DNA of 64,000 nucleotides, taken from NCBI GenBank assembly GCA_965153455.1, contig OZ234493.1, forward strand, positions 1,054,001 to 1,118,000, written 5' to 3'. The translations under genes and the position numbers were made by a program. Positions within the stretch are counted from its first letter, which is position 1. The number at the start of each line of letters is the position of its first letter. Of this stretch, positions 25,561-38,470 are shown in pieces. The stretch is from Sphagnum compactum (Eukaryota). The notes under the pieces are model-generated. The model made no database searches and was not told the origin of the DNA. It saw only the letters and a program-made list of their open reading frames with translations.

Positions 25561-26388
25561 TTCTTGTGTTTTGCAAGTGAATAAAACTTTGAAGTTTGGA
25601 TATGGTATACCAATTAAGGTATTTTTATGTTATGTGTTGTGAGTATGGCGATAGTGATAATTGTAGGCGCTGACCTTGGAATGCACAACAACATTCAAAA
25701 CATAAACACAATTATAGGATAGAGAAATGATGTGTGAAAGAAGGTGTAAAATTTTGTAAATACACATTTCATATAATAACAATTTTTATCTAAATATCAT
25801 TATGTATAATTTTAACTTTTGACATTGACCTTGTTAATAATTAATATTACATCATTCACAATGGATTGATTTATAGTTAGGACTTATAGCGATTATTAGT
25901 AAATGACGGAAATGACTCTTAAATAGAATTGGCATAACTTTTAACGCGGGGTAGTGACTTATTTTCTCTTGATGTATTTATTCGATTAATGTTCTATATA
26001 TGGTTTGGCATTCTCAAAAATCAAGTTCTTTTCAAGGTATAATTTTATGTAACATCAAAAATAATTTAAATTTAAGTGTGATACATGTTTATCATGATTG
26101 AATTAAAACCTATTTCTAAGCAAGTTATACCTATGGCTTTCAATAAAATATCATAATTTTAATGGAAATTTAAAACAATGTATGTCATTATATGTGTAAG
26201 GGTTGGGGACCTGGGGGGTAAATTGTTTTATAATGTGGTATGTTATCATATTTGAAACTATGCATACTTAAACATAATGTTGATGCATATAACTTTGGAG
26301 TTGATAACATGACAACTTATTGTGAAGGTGTGAAAAATCTAGATTACACAAGTTGATGGATATAAAAAAATGATCAAGCCTTCTTAGG

Positions 26389-27873
26389 GGGTCAAAACGC
26401 ATTCAAAGGAGCCACAAAAGGCATTGGATATTAGGTTAGAACATAAGCTAATGATGCTTTTGGCTACTGGACTCTCACCATTTGGGGTGTGGGACTCAAC
26501 CACTTCGCCTAGCAACACAACACTTATATTGCTCTCCCCCCATCACCATGATCTTCTCCACTGTCTCCTCGATGCATATTGATCAATTGATTTCCACAGT
26601 GCTGCAATCTCGTTGGTTTGCTAAGTATACTCATTCTACCTAAGGGCAACAAAGACTTCTCCATCCTTGCGAACAACAACGGGGCAATTTTTTCCCCCAA
26701 AAGTTAATAGATAATGGTGAGATGGTCTGAATAACCTCCTTTACCTATCATCTTTCCAACTCCTTATTTGAATTAGACATTATAGCAAGCACTTGGAACT
26801 ACTACTCAATGACGAAATTTCTTCAATTAAGCCCCCTATTAGTGTCTTTTCACCCTTCTACCTACCTCGAGCTATAGAACCTTTCTTAGGTTGAATGCCA
26901 AAACAGGTAAAATTTTATCTAATCTGCTTGCTCGGTGGTTTTGGTGGATGAAGTTCTAGTTGTCTTTCTATTAAAAAAAATTGTATTGCTAATTTTGGAA
27001 GAAAAATCAAAATAGTTCTTTTGGTTATTTCAAGTTGCAAGTGCGTGTTCCTCCGAAAGACTCATTTGTTGCAAATTAATTTCAATTTTTCCATTCTTCG
27101 ATCCTTGAATAAGCAAAACAAAAATACGATGAATGATTCTATCATAAAAAGCTAGAGATTTTTATTTTATTTTTTGCCATTTGAAACTATGGTAATCATG
27201 GCACATTATTCCTTTTTATCACATATGAATGTCAAGAAACTCAATTTAAAAATGTATTTGATCCAATTTTAGGTTTTGGTTTAATTAAAGGCTTTTGAAA
27301 GTGAAATTTTTTGTCATTAAAAAGGGACCTTTTTACAAAGGACTTTTAAAAGATTCATATATAAAAGTAAGTTGATGGTAAAAAAAATGAGATGATAATA
27401 ACCTATTAGACTTATTAAAAAAATATTCACAATTTAAAAAATGTGGACCTTTTAAACTTTAAGAATTCAAAGTATGTACATTTGAGAATTTAGAATTTCA
27501 AAACTTCAAGAGTGTTTTACCACATATAAATGGGGTATGATGTACATGATGTATTAAACAAAGTTGTAGTTTATATTACATTAAATTCAACTTTAAAATA
27601 TTAATATTTCTATGTATGATTTTGAATTATCATCATTTTAAAAAATGAAACATAAAATTTGCAAGGAATATGTGCATTTTTATAATTTAATATTTATTAA
27701 AAAATTATTAATAAAAATAATTTGACTTATTGGGCCAATTGGAATTGTTTTTATAACACGTTGCAAAAACATCATTCAAAAACTCATTTATATGAAAAAG
27801 TAATTTTGAGGAAAAATACATGTAGGACTAATGTAAAGTAATGCTTGCGGCTCCTTTGAGTGTGTTTTGACCC
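26389..27873. mobile_element. Non-autonomous TIR DNA transposon, about 1485 bp
   Basis: TIRs of about 29 bp: GGGTCAAAACGCATTCAAAGGAGCCACAA versus reverse complement GGGTCAAAACACACTCAAAGGAGCCGCAA. The 4-bp direct repeat TAGG flanks it (26385-26388, 27874-27877). Confidence 0.75.
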
Positions 27874-28942
27874 TAGGGTTTTGTGGATCAACATTTTAGT
27901 TTTGGATTGAAAATAGCATTGCACCTTCTCAATTGCTCCATGTGAATGCGAAAATGATCCTATTTGGTTTAATATTGATATTCATATGTTTAAAGTAGAT
28001 GTTAGGTTATAATGTCTTAATAAGTGCAACCATGTTACTTTGCGATTGATGTTTGACATTATTTGTTATGAAATTTCTTTAAAAAAATTGGTTGTGTCCA
28101 CATTGTATTAGTCATTTTACATGACAAGTAAACCCACAAAGGAAAGTCTTTTGCAAGGAGATAAATAATTAAGATTGCAAGTGGTAGTTAACATTGAGAT
28201 TTTATTTGCACCTAACTTTATCGGTTGTAAAGAGGTTTGGATGTGACAATACAAGATTCAAATATCAACCAATGGGGGGCAATATGCATAGGTGTAATTG
28301 TTCGTGAATCAAGATAATTTGATGTGAATGTTTGTTGCCATTTAAGCACGTAATTTTCACATGTTTTTATGTTGATGTTCAAAAGCACTTTTATTTGACT
28401 AGTTAATTGGTCTAGGCTCATTTATGTTAAGTTAGGATGCTAAGGAGGGTTCAAGAATTACTTGGAATAACAATGTACTCAGACTTGGTTTCAAAATTTT
28501 AGTTTATGGATTTTAATGAAAGCCCATGTGTTTTCGAGTTGAGCTTCTTCATTTTTGAGTTAATAAGACAAATTTCTCAATAGAATAAATCATTTGATTG
28601 AAACAAATGTCAAATTATGATTCATAGCTATTGCAATGCAATAATAGAATAACATTCTCAATGGAATTGATTGTTTAACTAATACAAACTATATGTTTTA
28701 GGTTTGATCATCAAGTACCAAGGTTTGAACTTTGCACATGTAAAATTGTTACAATAAAATCGAATCAAGAATCAACCTCCTAATGAAATTCAAACCGAAA
28801 CCAAACCTTAAACCCACGCTCTAGATAACACTTGAATTGAAACATGAACATGGCTATGTACACCTTGTTAACATAGGTCATGATTTCCTTATCAAGCAAG
28901 TTCTATAAATTTATAAAATTTCCATGCAAGTAATTGACTTAT

Positions 28943-29761
28943 TGACGCGCTCCTTGGTCCCGGGGTGAACCCACTTGAGGGTTCACCAATGTGAAGTTGC
29001 GGAAAGTGCGGACCGAAGGGCACGCTCCCGACTTCCAACTCTAGAAAGGGGTAGAGGGTCGAGTTGGAAGCCCCGGAATTAGACTAGGAAGATGGACTAG
29101 TAGATCAAGCACGAATCTGCATCCAAAACCAACCACAAATGGGTTAGTTCACATTCGGGAACACCCTTGGGTGTTGGGACAAGCCACGGGCACTTCGGAC
29201 TACTTGACTCACCACGGCCCGGACTTGGGGGAACCACCACCTTCCCCCTTATAGTTATCTCTGCAGCTCACCACGGAGGCTACATCCAAATGGCACATTT
29301 TGTTGGGACTCCCGAAATGGAGTCCCGAAACTGTCCCGGCGGGACTCCCGGGACTTTGAACGGTCATAACTCCCGATTCCAAAGTCCGATCGCAACGAGG
29401 TCTGAACCAAAGTTGTAGCCCTCATTGAGATCTTTTCAACGCCATGTCGCACTCCCTGAGGCGACGTCGGGAAAGGGTCGATTCCCGACTTTTAGTGGTC
29501 GGGAGTCAAACTGCCAGTTTGACTCCCGGCCCTTCTTTTGCCCATAACTTGGGCTGCAGATGTCCAAATGGCCAATGCGAGGCCATTTTCGATATCCACG
29601 TTTCAAGACCTTTCCAATGACACCAAGAACACCCCAATGCGAGGTGTTTTGGGCCTTGCTGTTGAGCTCTAAACATTCGGGAGTCCCGGAGGACTCCAAA
29701 CCTCCAACTTTTCCAAGTGTTGGGCTTCACCCCCACACTTGGACAAAGTGGGGTTGCGACA
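28943..29761. mobile_element. Intact solo LTR-like element (819 bp, TG..CA) with 5-bp TSD
   Basis: Begins TGACGCG, ends TTGCGACA, and is flanked by CTTAT on both sides (28938-28942, 29762-29766). It is GC-rich in an AT-rich background and homologous to 1541-2042. Confidence 0.9.
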
Positions 29762-30498
29762 CTTATTAATTAAATGGAAACCTTTAATTGACTTCACAAC
29801 ATGAATATTTACATAGTCTCCAATCTCTAGATGTATTTATGTAGGTGGAATCAAACTTTGTGTTTGAATTGAACTTGTTTTGAACTATTCTTAAATAATC
29901 AATACCAAATGTTGAGGAAAATGAAGATTTAATCTTTGAACTAGGTTATATAATACAACTAGCTGGAACTAGAAATGTTCTATCAAATTTTTAAATAAGT
30001 TAGAATCAAGATTGGAGGTTCTCTCCAAAACCAAGGATCTCTTATCAAATTTCAAGGTTCTTATGTTATTGTAGTATTGTATACATCAACCCAAGAAAAT
30101 TTTCACCTTTTATGTCACACCTAAGTTAAAGAAACAAGGGAAAAAAAATCATTGTGGATTATCTTGGGTAGTAATCAAATTTATACTGGCTTAAGCAATT
30201 TGGTGCACAAGTGACAATTCAATATTCATGCAAATTGGAATAGTGGAGGGCACCAAAAGTGAGTGTACGTATGCTTGTGTGAATAGGAATAGAGGATGGC
30301 CACCCAATGAAGCAAAGTGTGTGTGCATGTGTGAATGGGGAATCCGAAATGCGCACCCAATGGACACGCCTCTTTCCATTGAGAAGTTGCACTTTCAACT
30401 TTGAAACTTTTACTTTCCTCAAATGTTCCATATTTGCAATTCAACTTTGCAAGAATTGCAATACACCCCCTAGCTGCACCTTCAGCATGGGCATCTAA

Positions 30499-30712
30499 AG
30501 GTGCATTCACACTGGGTGTTAAGGACTCTAGTGTTGAGTCCCCTAACACCATGCTAGTCATTTAGGACTTACATCTACTTGCCCTGAACATTTTATGTTA
30601 AGCTAACACTCACTTGACATCAAGCTATTGTCCATTTAACATTGGGTGCCACCTAGGATGCCACCTAGATTTTTCATGTAACACTGACTTAACATCAAGT
30701 GTGAATGCACCA
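30499..30712. mobile_element. Tourist-like MITE (PIF/Harbinger), 214 bp
   Basis: TIRs of about 25 bp (ggtgcattcacactgggtgttaag / cttaacatcaagtgtgaatgcacc); TSD TAA (30496-30498, 30713-30715). Confidence 0.85.
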
Positions 30713-30944
30713 TAATGCTAATTGGAAGGAAGGAACACATGCATCTTTGAAAGCAACTGAAACTTCCAAAGCTGAAGGTGCTTCTCCTCCTCACTCAATG
30801 GAAAGACTTCTTAGTGTGTGTATGTGTGAATTGGAAGAGTGGATGGGCACCCAATGAACTAAAAGTAAGTGTGTGCATGGGAATGGGGAGATGAGTCGTT
30901 TGGGTGAGAGAAGTAAGTCTTTTGAATGCAATGTGAACAGGCCC

Positions 30945-31500
30945 AGGGCCAGGGTGAATCAGCACCCACGTTGGTACCTTTCATCTTTTTGAATGAGGAT
31001 ATTTGTAATATTTTAGTGGCCATGTTAAGCCCAAAAAAATTAGAATTAAACTCAGAGACCCTGAGTGAGTTAAAGCATGGGATATTTGTAATATATAGAA
31101 TTAATTTAAATGGATTTGGGATATTTAGAATTAATATGGATTTAACCCATATTAAGCCCAAAAAATGTTAGATTTGAACTTAGAGACCCTGATTTAGTCT
31201 AGGCGAGGGATATTCGTAATATTTGGAAACAATTGAAATGGATTTTGGGATTTTGGTCATATTAAGCTCAAAAAATGTTAGATTAAAATTCAGAGACCCT
31301 GATTTAATCTAAGCATGGGATATTTGAAAATAATTGAAATGGATTTTGGGGTTTTGGCCACATTAAGCCCCAAAAATGTTAGATTTGAACTCAGAGTCCC
31401 TGATTTAGTCTGAGCATGGGATATTTGTAATAGGTATTTGGAAATAATTTAAATGGATTTTGGGGATTTTTTTAAAACCATGGTGCCAACGTGGGTGCTA
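30945..31500. mobile_element. MITE with an internal 100-130 bp tandem repeat (about 4.5 copies)
   Basis: Inverted repeats agcacccacgttggtacc (30961-30978) and ggtgccaacgtgggtgct (31482-31499) enclose repeated units attaagcccaaaaaatgttagatttgaactcagagaccctgatttagtct..gcatgggatatttg. Same family as 38017-38229. Confidence 0.75.
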
Positions 31501-31537
31501 AGGCCCGGACCGGTAGGTCGAGGAGGAACTGACAACT

Positions 31538-31672
31538 GGCCCACTTAAGTGGAACCCGTGGGCCAGGTCCAGATCACACCGTCAGAAGGGGTTTCTCACA
31601 GGTGTACGGTTATGAGCATGGGCCACTCACACCAGGGTATACCCTAACCGAGCCTGCGCGACGAAACCCTAA
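31538..31672 (+). promoter_or_regulatory. Site II (TGGGCC/GGCCCA) elements plus telo-box, putative eRF1 promoter
   Basis: GGCCCA/TGGGCC near 31538, 31559 and 31619; AAACCCTAA at 31664-31672. This pairing is typical of plant translation-machinery promoters. A probable 5'UTR intron lies at 31818-31879 (GTAAGT..CAG). Confidence 0.55.
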
Positions 31673-31970
31673 TTGGCTGGCAGCCCTCCCTGTGGTAGAA
31701 AGAGTCGTGGGAGACACACAAAGAGAGAAGAGGTCTTACGTTTTGCTGCCTGAAACACAGACCAGGCACACGGCTCCCTGTCCTGGCTGCTGCCGCTGCT
31801 AATCGGTTGAAGATCAAGTAAGTCTTTGAATCATCTTTTGATTTTTGATATTGTCTTTTCCATATTGTCTTTCTGTCAGGAGAGTTTCTGTGGAAAAGAA
31901 ATTGGCGGTGGTGGAAGCTAGCAAGGAAGGGAGGAAGGAAGTAAGTGGTAAGGTGTTGGTGGTGGTGCAG

Positions 31971-34900
31971 ATGGCGGACGGGGGAGACACCGACAAGAAT
32001 ATCGAGATATGGAAGATTAAGAAGCTTATCAAGGCCTTGGAGTCTGCTCGTGGGAATGGCACGTCCATGATATCTCTCATCATGCCTCCTAGGTCACACT
32101 CGTTTTTCACTCTCTTTTTTTCGCTTTGAGAATCTGCTTGTTGTTGTTGGATTTGGAGTTGAGATGATGTGATTTCTTTACCGTTTTGAGATCGGTCGTA
32201 TCGGTAGAAACGGAAGAAGCCAGATAATAACTGTGGTAAAGCTGAGATTGTAGGAGGATAGATTGTTTCACAAATTTAGTGTTTGTTTTGCTGGATGTTG
32301 TTTGTGTTCAGAATATGCTTCCTTGTGAAAGCTCTAGTGAGGGAAAACTTTTTCTTTTCCTGTGAAAATTTAGTAGTCCTGTATATATTATGTGGCGCTG
32401 GGCTACCAGGATTAAGGCTTCTTTTCACCCGTTTGGAATCTTCATCAGTACACCTGACAAAGGCAGGAAAATTTTGCATTACAGAGGAGCCTTCAGAAGC
32501 TGGCATGGTCATTGGCTTGCCATATCTTGTGCTTAGTTCTGTATTATTGGTCTTTGGCTTCTGTCACAGGGCTATGGTGACAATTGATTTACCCCAAAGC
32601 TACTAATGCATTACTAGTTACAATATAGGTCTCTGTTATGTTTTTTGTCAATTAAGCTAAAGGGGCCAGCCTTTGTTAAAACAATTGCTGAGGTCAGGAT
32701 ATATCTTGCTTGTTCAAACTGTTCAACATATGTCTCTTAAATGCCTCAAATCTCTATTCTTTGGTGATTGTCCGAAGGCATGATCATCCACTAGTGATCA
32801 ATGTTTCAGATTGAGCATGGTAAACACCGTTATGTTTCCCCTCTACTACAAAGTGAAACCTTGTGTAGGCTTTGGGTCCAGTCTGACCTAAAATTGAAAC
32901 CTGAAGTCTGGGTTATGTTATGTACGTAAGCCACTGAAAGACTCATGGGGTTTTTCAATCTCATAGGTTATTTCACCTGCTGCATGCAATGCAGTTCATT
33001 AATCAAACCTCAAATGTTGGTTTTCTTATAGGTGTGATGGTAGGCTCTAGTGATCTTTGGTAGCCAAGTTTCTCTGTGATATGCTTAAATCCCTAAAGGT
33101 ACCCAGTGTGTTTCAGGTTTTACATATGGGATAATGAACTAGCTGCTTGTTCAAGACTCGGCAACTAATTGTTAGGCTTACATGATTGCTTCTGCAATTG
33201 TGAGTGAAAGCCAGGATGCAGAATTTTGTGTGTTCTTTTGGCTGGAAATCAAGCAGTTTAATTGGACAGTTATCTACACCCGCTGTGGGAGCCTGATGAA
33301 GTCAGTTGCAAGTAATGGCAGCTTGTCATAGGCAGTCATAATGAAGGTGATGGTCTGATACTTTGTGAGTGATGCTCTCAAGGTTATGACCACACTCATT
33401 CTTGTCTTGTTTCTTTTGTTTTGGCTGGAATATGCACAATGGTTACCTACAGAAGTGTTACTGTGGGAGTTTCCCTGCAATCTCATAGACATATTGTAGG
33501 ACACTCTAACATTTACACTGTGAGTTCAGGGATCAGGTTTCACGGGTAACAAAGATGCTGGGTGATGAGTTTGGTACGGCCTCAAATATCAAGAACAGGG
33601 TCAACCGACAGTCTGTGTTAGGGGCCATCACATCAGCTCAGCAGCGTCTGAAGCTGTACAACAAGGTGCCACCCAATGGACTTGTTTTGTACACTGGTAC
33701 CATTGTTACAGATGATGGCAAAGAAAAGAAGGTGTGTTTTCCTTTCCATGTACTTCTGTTTGGCCTTCCTGCAATCTACTTAGGGGAAGTAACATGCTGT
33801 CATGGCTCCCTGTTCACGACGTGCTTCCTGACATTAAGGAATCTTTGAAGCATGTTTCTGAATTCAGTTTTTCTGTGATAAACTGGTAATAGTTTCTTCA
33901 GCCTGTCTATTATTATTTCACTCAGCTTCCCATAGAAGTTGCTTAAGTCCCAATGTTGTCTTGTGTTCTTCTGGAGTGCTTAAAACATGATGATTCCCAG
34001 GTCTTTCGTGTGACAAGGGAAAGTTTGATTAAATTTTCAGGGAATTTAAGCCTTTGGGATGTTACAGAGTTCTTCTGTATTGCCTTAAATTTCATGTCTG
34101 GGCAAGAACTTGTGCCCCTAGACTGCTACAGATTGAATTTTGATTAAATGTTAAGGCCTTGCTTTTGTATTTGCTTTTGTCCATACCTTTTTTTGGGTAG
34201 AAAATGTTCTCTGGTACTGCAAATAACACCATATGTTTGTGTCATGTAATTGTAGGTGACAATTGATTTTGAGCCATTCAAGCCTATAAATGCATCCCTT
34301 TACTTGTGTGACAATAAATTCCACACAGAGGCATTGAATGAACTCTTGGAGTCAGACGACAAATTTGGGTTCATTATAATGGATGGGAATGGCACTCTTT
34401 TTGGGACACTGAGTGGTAATACTCGTGAAGTGCTCCACAAGTTCACTGTTGATCTTCCTAAGAAGCATGGACGTGGTGGGCAATCTGCTCTCCGGTTTGC
34501 TCGACTCCGGATGGAAAAACGGCATAATTATGTAAGGAAAACTGCAGAACTTGCCACCCAGTTCTACATCAATCCAGCTACAAGTCAGCCCAATGTATCA
34601 GGTAGGCTGATCTGCCCATGGTCAAGCATGTAAGGACCAACAATGATGGAACTTCACGACCATTCACAATGATCTCTTCTGTTTTCTGGATTCCTTGTTT
34701 GAATTGCTTATAGGTCCGGTTTTCCCTTTATCTGTAAGTCAATAGATTGAATGGAGGTTACCTTTTTGTCATAAGGGGGACATCTACTGCAAATGATGCT
34801 CAAGAAATATGTGAAGCTTATTTATATTGGAGATTTCTATGATTCAATTGTTCCTAGATGGCTCTAGAATGTCAGAGGTTTGCAATGAGATTGATGAAGA

Positions 34901-36824
34901 TGCCATCATTTGAAGTGAAAGGATGAGTTGTAAAGGGAGTAAAGGGTCTGTGGTTGATGGAAGTCTAATTGTATATAGTTGGTGCAATTGTAGGCCTGAT
35001 TCTTGCAGGTTCTGCGGATTTCAAGACAGAATTAAGCCAGTCAGATATGTTCGACCCTCGGTTGCAAACCAAGGTTTTGAATGTTGTGGATGTTTCATAT
35101 GGGGGTGAAAACGGGTTCAATCAGGCAATTGAGTTATCTGCTGAGATTCTTGCCAATGTGAAATTCATCCAAGAAAAGCGACTGATAGGGAAGTACTTCG
35201 AGGAAATCAGCCAGGACACCGGAAAATATGTCTTCGGAATTGAGGATACTTTGAAGGGGCTTGAGATGGGTGCTGTTGAGACATTGATTGTCTGGGAGAA
35301 TCTGGAGGTGAACCGTTATGTGCTGAAAAATGCAGTTTCAGGAGAGATTGTAATCAAGCATCTCAACAAGGAGCAAGAGGCTGACCAATCCAAGTGAGTT
35401 TACTCCTCTTGCGTCAATTCTGATTCCTGTTATCGATCCATGTTGTACCTTGGTAAATTGAAGTGGTCAAATTCAACTTCAGTGTGTTCCTTTTTGCAAG
35501 TTTAGGTGCCAGTACATTTTTTCTGTTTAGAGTGCAATGCTGTGTCCCTATGGAACTAGACTTTGGGGTATTTGTCATCAAAATTCTATGCCTGGTATCC
35601 ACCACATCCTGCCAAAATATGATACAGATCTGAAAGACTTTCTGCTAACAGTGGTCTTTAATGACTTGGCTGAGGATTTTAGACAGTAAAGTGAATCAAT
35701 CAGAAAACTTGCAAATCAGTTGATGAGGAAAATTGAAAAGAAATTGACTGAAAGATACCAATATATGTAATCAAATGGCTGATGGTAGTGGACAGGTGCA
35801 TTGGAAGAGTGGAGCTTAATCTTCTCAAACACTTTTGGGTCTAGAAATTTATGATGAGTGATGATAACCTACAATATTCGGGTGTGAACAGTTTCCGGGA
35901 AGCAGAAACACAAGCAGAATTGGAGGTCCAGGAGAAGCTCTCCCTTCTGGAGTGGTTTGCAAATGAATACAAGCGCTTTGGATGCACCCTTGAGTTTGTG
36001 ACCAACAAATCACAGGTACTTATTGATACACTGCTTATAGATATTTTTGTTTCTATGTAGCATAAAGTAGTTGCACTGTGCTGTGACATCAAGTGGAAAC
36101 TTCTTTACAGTTTCAGAGGACCAGTACTAGTTTACTGAGGTTTCTGGGGTTATGCTAATTGGCAGCATTGACAAAGATTTAGAGTATTTAGCACTGTGCT
36201 GAAAATGTGTAGTGTTGTGGTTCTTTTATCCTTGAGAAAGGATGAATTCAATAGAGGTCTAGGAAGATTTCTGCACAGCAGTATGGTTGAGGTGGGCTTA
36301 GTGTTTTTGGTTGCTGACTGATGACTGGCAGGATGACTGTCATGATGGCTGAGTCATCCCTGTTGCTTCTGGAAATACAACAGAATCTCTGAATGAGCAG
36401 AATATTTTATGTATATCACACCCACTATCAGTAGTAATATCAGCTAGAGTCAGTGCCATTCATGATGGATGTGATGGTTTGATAGTTTATGAGTTACTCA
36501 CAAGGCTGTGACCAATCATTCTAGCTGTGTTTGTTGTGGTGTTTCCTTAATGGATATGCCTTTTTCTTGGATACCTTTGAGGTCTTTGGTAGAGTTTATC
36601 TCTGCACTTGTACTTACTTTTTTCCCTTGTCATTGTACCCGCTTTTTTCCTTGTCATGGTCCTAGCTCATGTGGATTCATCTTGTGTGGAATGCTGGGAA
36701 ACAGGAAGGATCACAGTTCTGCCGGGGCTTTGGGGGTATTGGTGGAATCTTACGTTATCAGCTTGACATGCGCACTTTTGATGAGCTTTCAGATGATGAC
36801 GGTGTTTATGAGGATGACTTCTAA
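31971..36824 (+). CDS. eRF1: Eukaryotic peptide chain release factor subunit 1, 437 aa, 6 coding exons
   Basis: Exons 31971-32092, 33530-33731, 34256-34601, 34994-35393, 35892-36015 and 36705-36824 (1314 nt; all GT-AG; phases consistent). Motifs: [27 protein letters not shown], and C-terminal [11 protein letters not shown]. Confidence 0.97.
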
Positions 36825-38016
36825 GTCACAGAGGTTGGGCCTCTCAGAGCCCTTAGTCAAAATTGACACTGAACCTAAGAAGATTCTTGAGGGATTTTCC
36901 TACCTTCAAGGGCAATAGAGTAGGAAGCCAATGTCTTCAGGTAGCAAATAGGAGTATCTTCTTAATGTCTTAGTAGTAACTTCAGGTTTCTAAGGTTTTT
37001 TAGCCACTTGAGGGAAACAGATGCATGGTTTGTCCTGGTGCTGTAATTCATGTTTTAAGAAAGAGTATTTCTGGATGAGGGGAGCTGCCCTCCTTTCTGT
37101 CTGCTGTCAATTGGTTCTGTTGAAATGCTGTGGATGCAGTTCACAGTAGTCTCTTTTATTCTGAAAACGCTCTCAGATAACACCTAGCATAGCTCAGAGG
37201 AGCATAATTTTGGGATTTTGTGATTTGTTTCTGCAAGGGCAACATTATGAAACAGCCCTGGTCCAGATTTCCTCTTTCCTGACACTATGGACTGAGAGAG
37301 AGTTTTGGGAAATGGATTTCAATTGTTGCTTTGTCAAGAAGTCTGCAACCTTGTTTTGTGAAACCCAGGAACCATTCCTGATATCATGCAAGTGACCTGA
37401 GCTCCATTGAAAGCTCCGCTGAAAATAGTGGAACAGGGTGACATTTCACTGCACAGCCATGATCAAGAAGTTCACCATTAGTTACATTTACAAATCAAGT
37501 ATCTTTGTGGCACAATCATGATCAAGAAGGTATCAATTTTTGATAATGTTGATGACTTGGTTAAGATTGAAGTCATGAAATTGGATGGCAGATTTAATGC
37601 CGTGAAGTACTTTGTGAGCACAAGATTATGCATTACTTCCTTCATAAGGATCCAATGACATTCCATCATCACATTTTTGGTATCCATATCCACAACCTCA
37701 TCTGCACCAAATCTGGCAGACCCTTTTCCCAGATCATCATAAAGCATTGTTATTTTTGGTAGTTGGTGCAAATCTGTAGCCATCACCTATCCAATAAGAG
37801 TACTTCTCAGAAGGGGGCTCAATGCATAAATTATTGTCAAGCTCCAGATGAACAGGGGTTGGCATTGTTGGCTGCATATGCATGTTGCATGTAGCAACTT
37901 TGAAGTTTTTGCATGCTCATCTGAACTGCCAATGTTTCTTTATAGCTGTGCATTCGAGTGGGACCTTTGCAGCGAAAAAATGTCAAGATACTTCTTCCAA
38001 CTAAGGGTACATTTCT

Positions 38017-38229
38017 ATGCCTTGGGTGAACCAGCAGCCACATTGGTACCATGGTCAAAATCCCAAAATCCATTTAAATTATTTTTAAATGTTACAAACA
38101 TACATTATTTAGGCTAAATCAGGGTCTCCGAGTTCAAATCTAACACTTTCTGGGCTTAATATGGCCAATACGAGGCCTCACTCAAAAAGGTAAAAGGTAC
38201 CAATGTGGCTGCTGGTTCACCCTGGCCCC
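38017..38229. mobile_element. MITE, single-unit relative of 30945-31500, inverted orientation
   Basis: Perfect 27-bp TIR gggtgaaccagcagccacattggtacc (38024-38050) / ggtaccaatgtggctgctggttcaccc (38196-38222). The interior is the reverse complement of one unit of the 31-kb array. Confidence 0.8.
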
Positions 38230-38470
38230 TTTAGAGTCCTCCTGCTCACCTCCTACCCAGCACCAATTAATTTGGTCAATTTGCTGCAAAAGGGCTTCTA
38301 TCTTCACCTCACTATTTCTCAACCTACTTTGAAAGAACCCACACCTGGCAGTTTAAATGCAACCTGGACTAAGTCAGAATAATTTTTGCACTTGTACAAC
38401 CGGCTTTTGAGGGAAATGTAACTGACATTTGTTGGTCTGGTGGGGAATCTCCAGATTTGGGGGTTGTTGG

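Noticed and set aside
29167..29769. Several 60-110 aa ORFs repeated at 1.5-2.1 kb and 29.2-29.8 kb
   Set aside because: They are translations of the non-coding GC-rich LTR-like repeat, and the frames are not conserved between copies.
37478..37786. 102-aa minus-strand ORF with a kinase-like LGKGS motif
   Set aside because: No other kinase motifs or supporting exons; probably chance.
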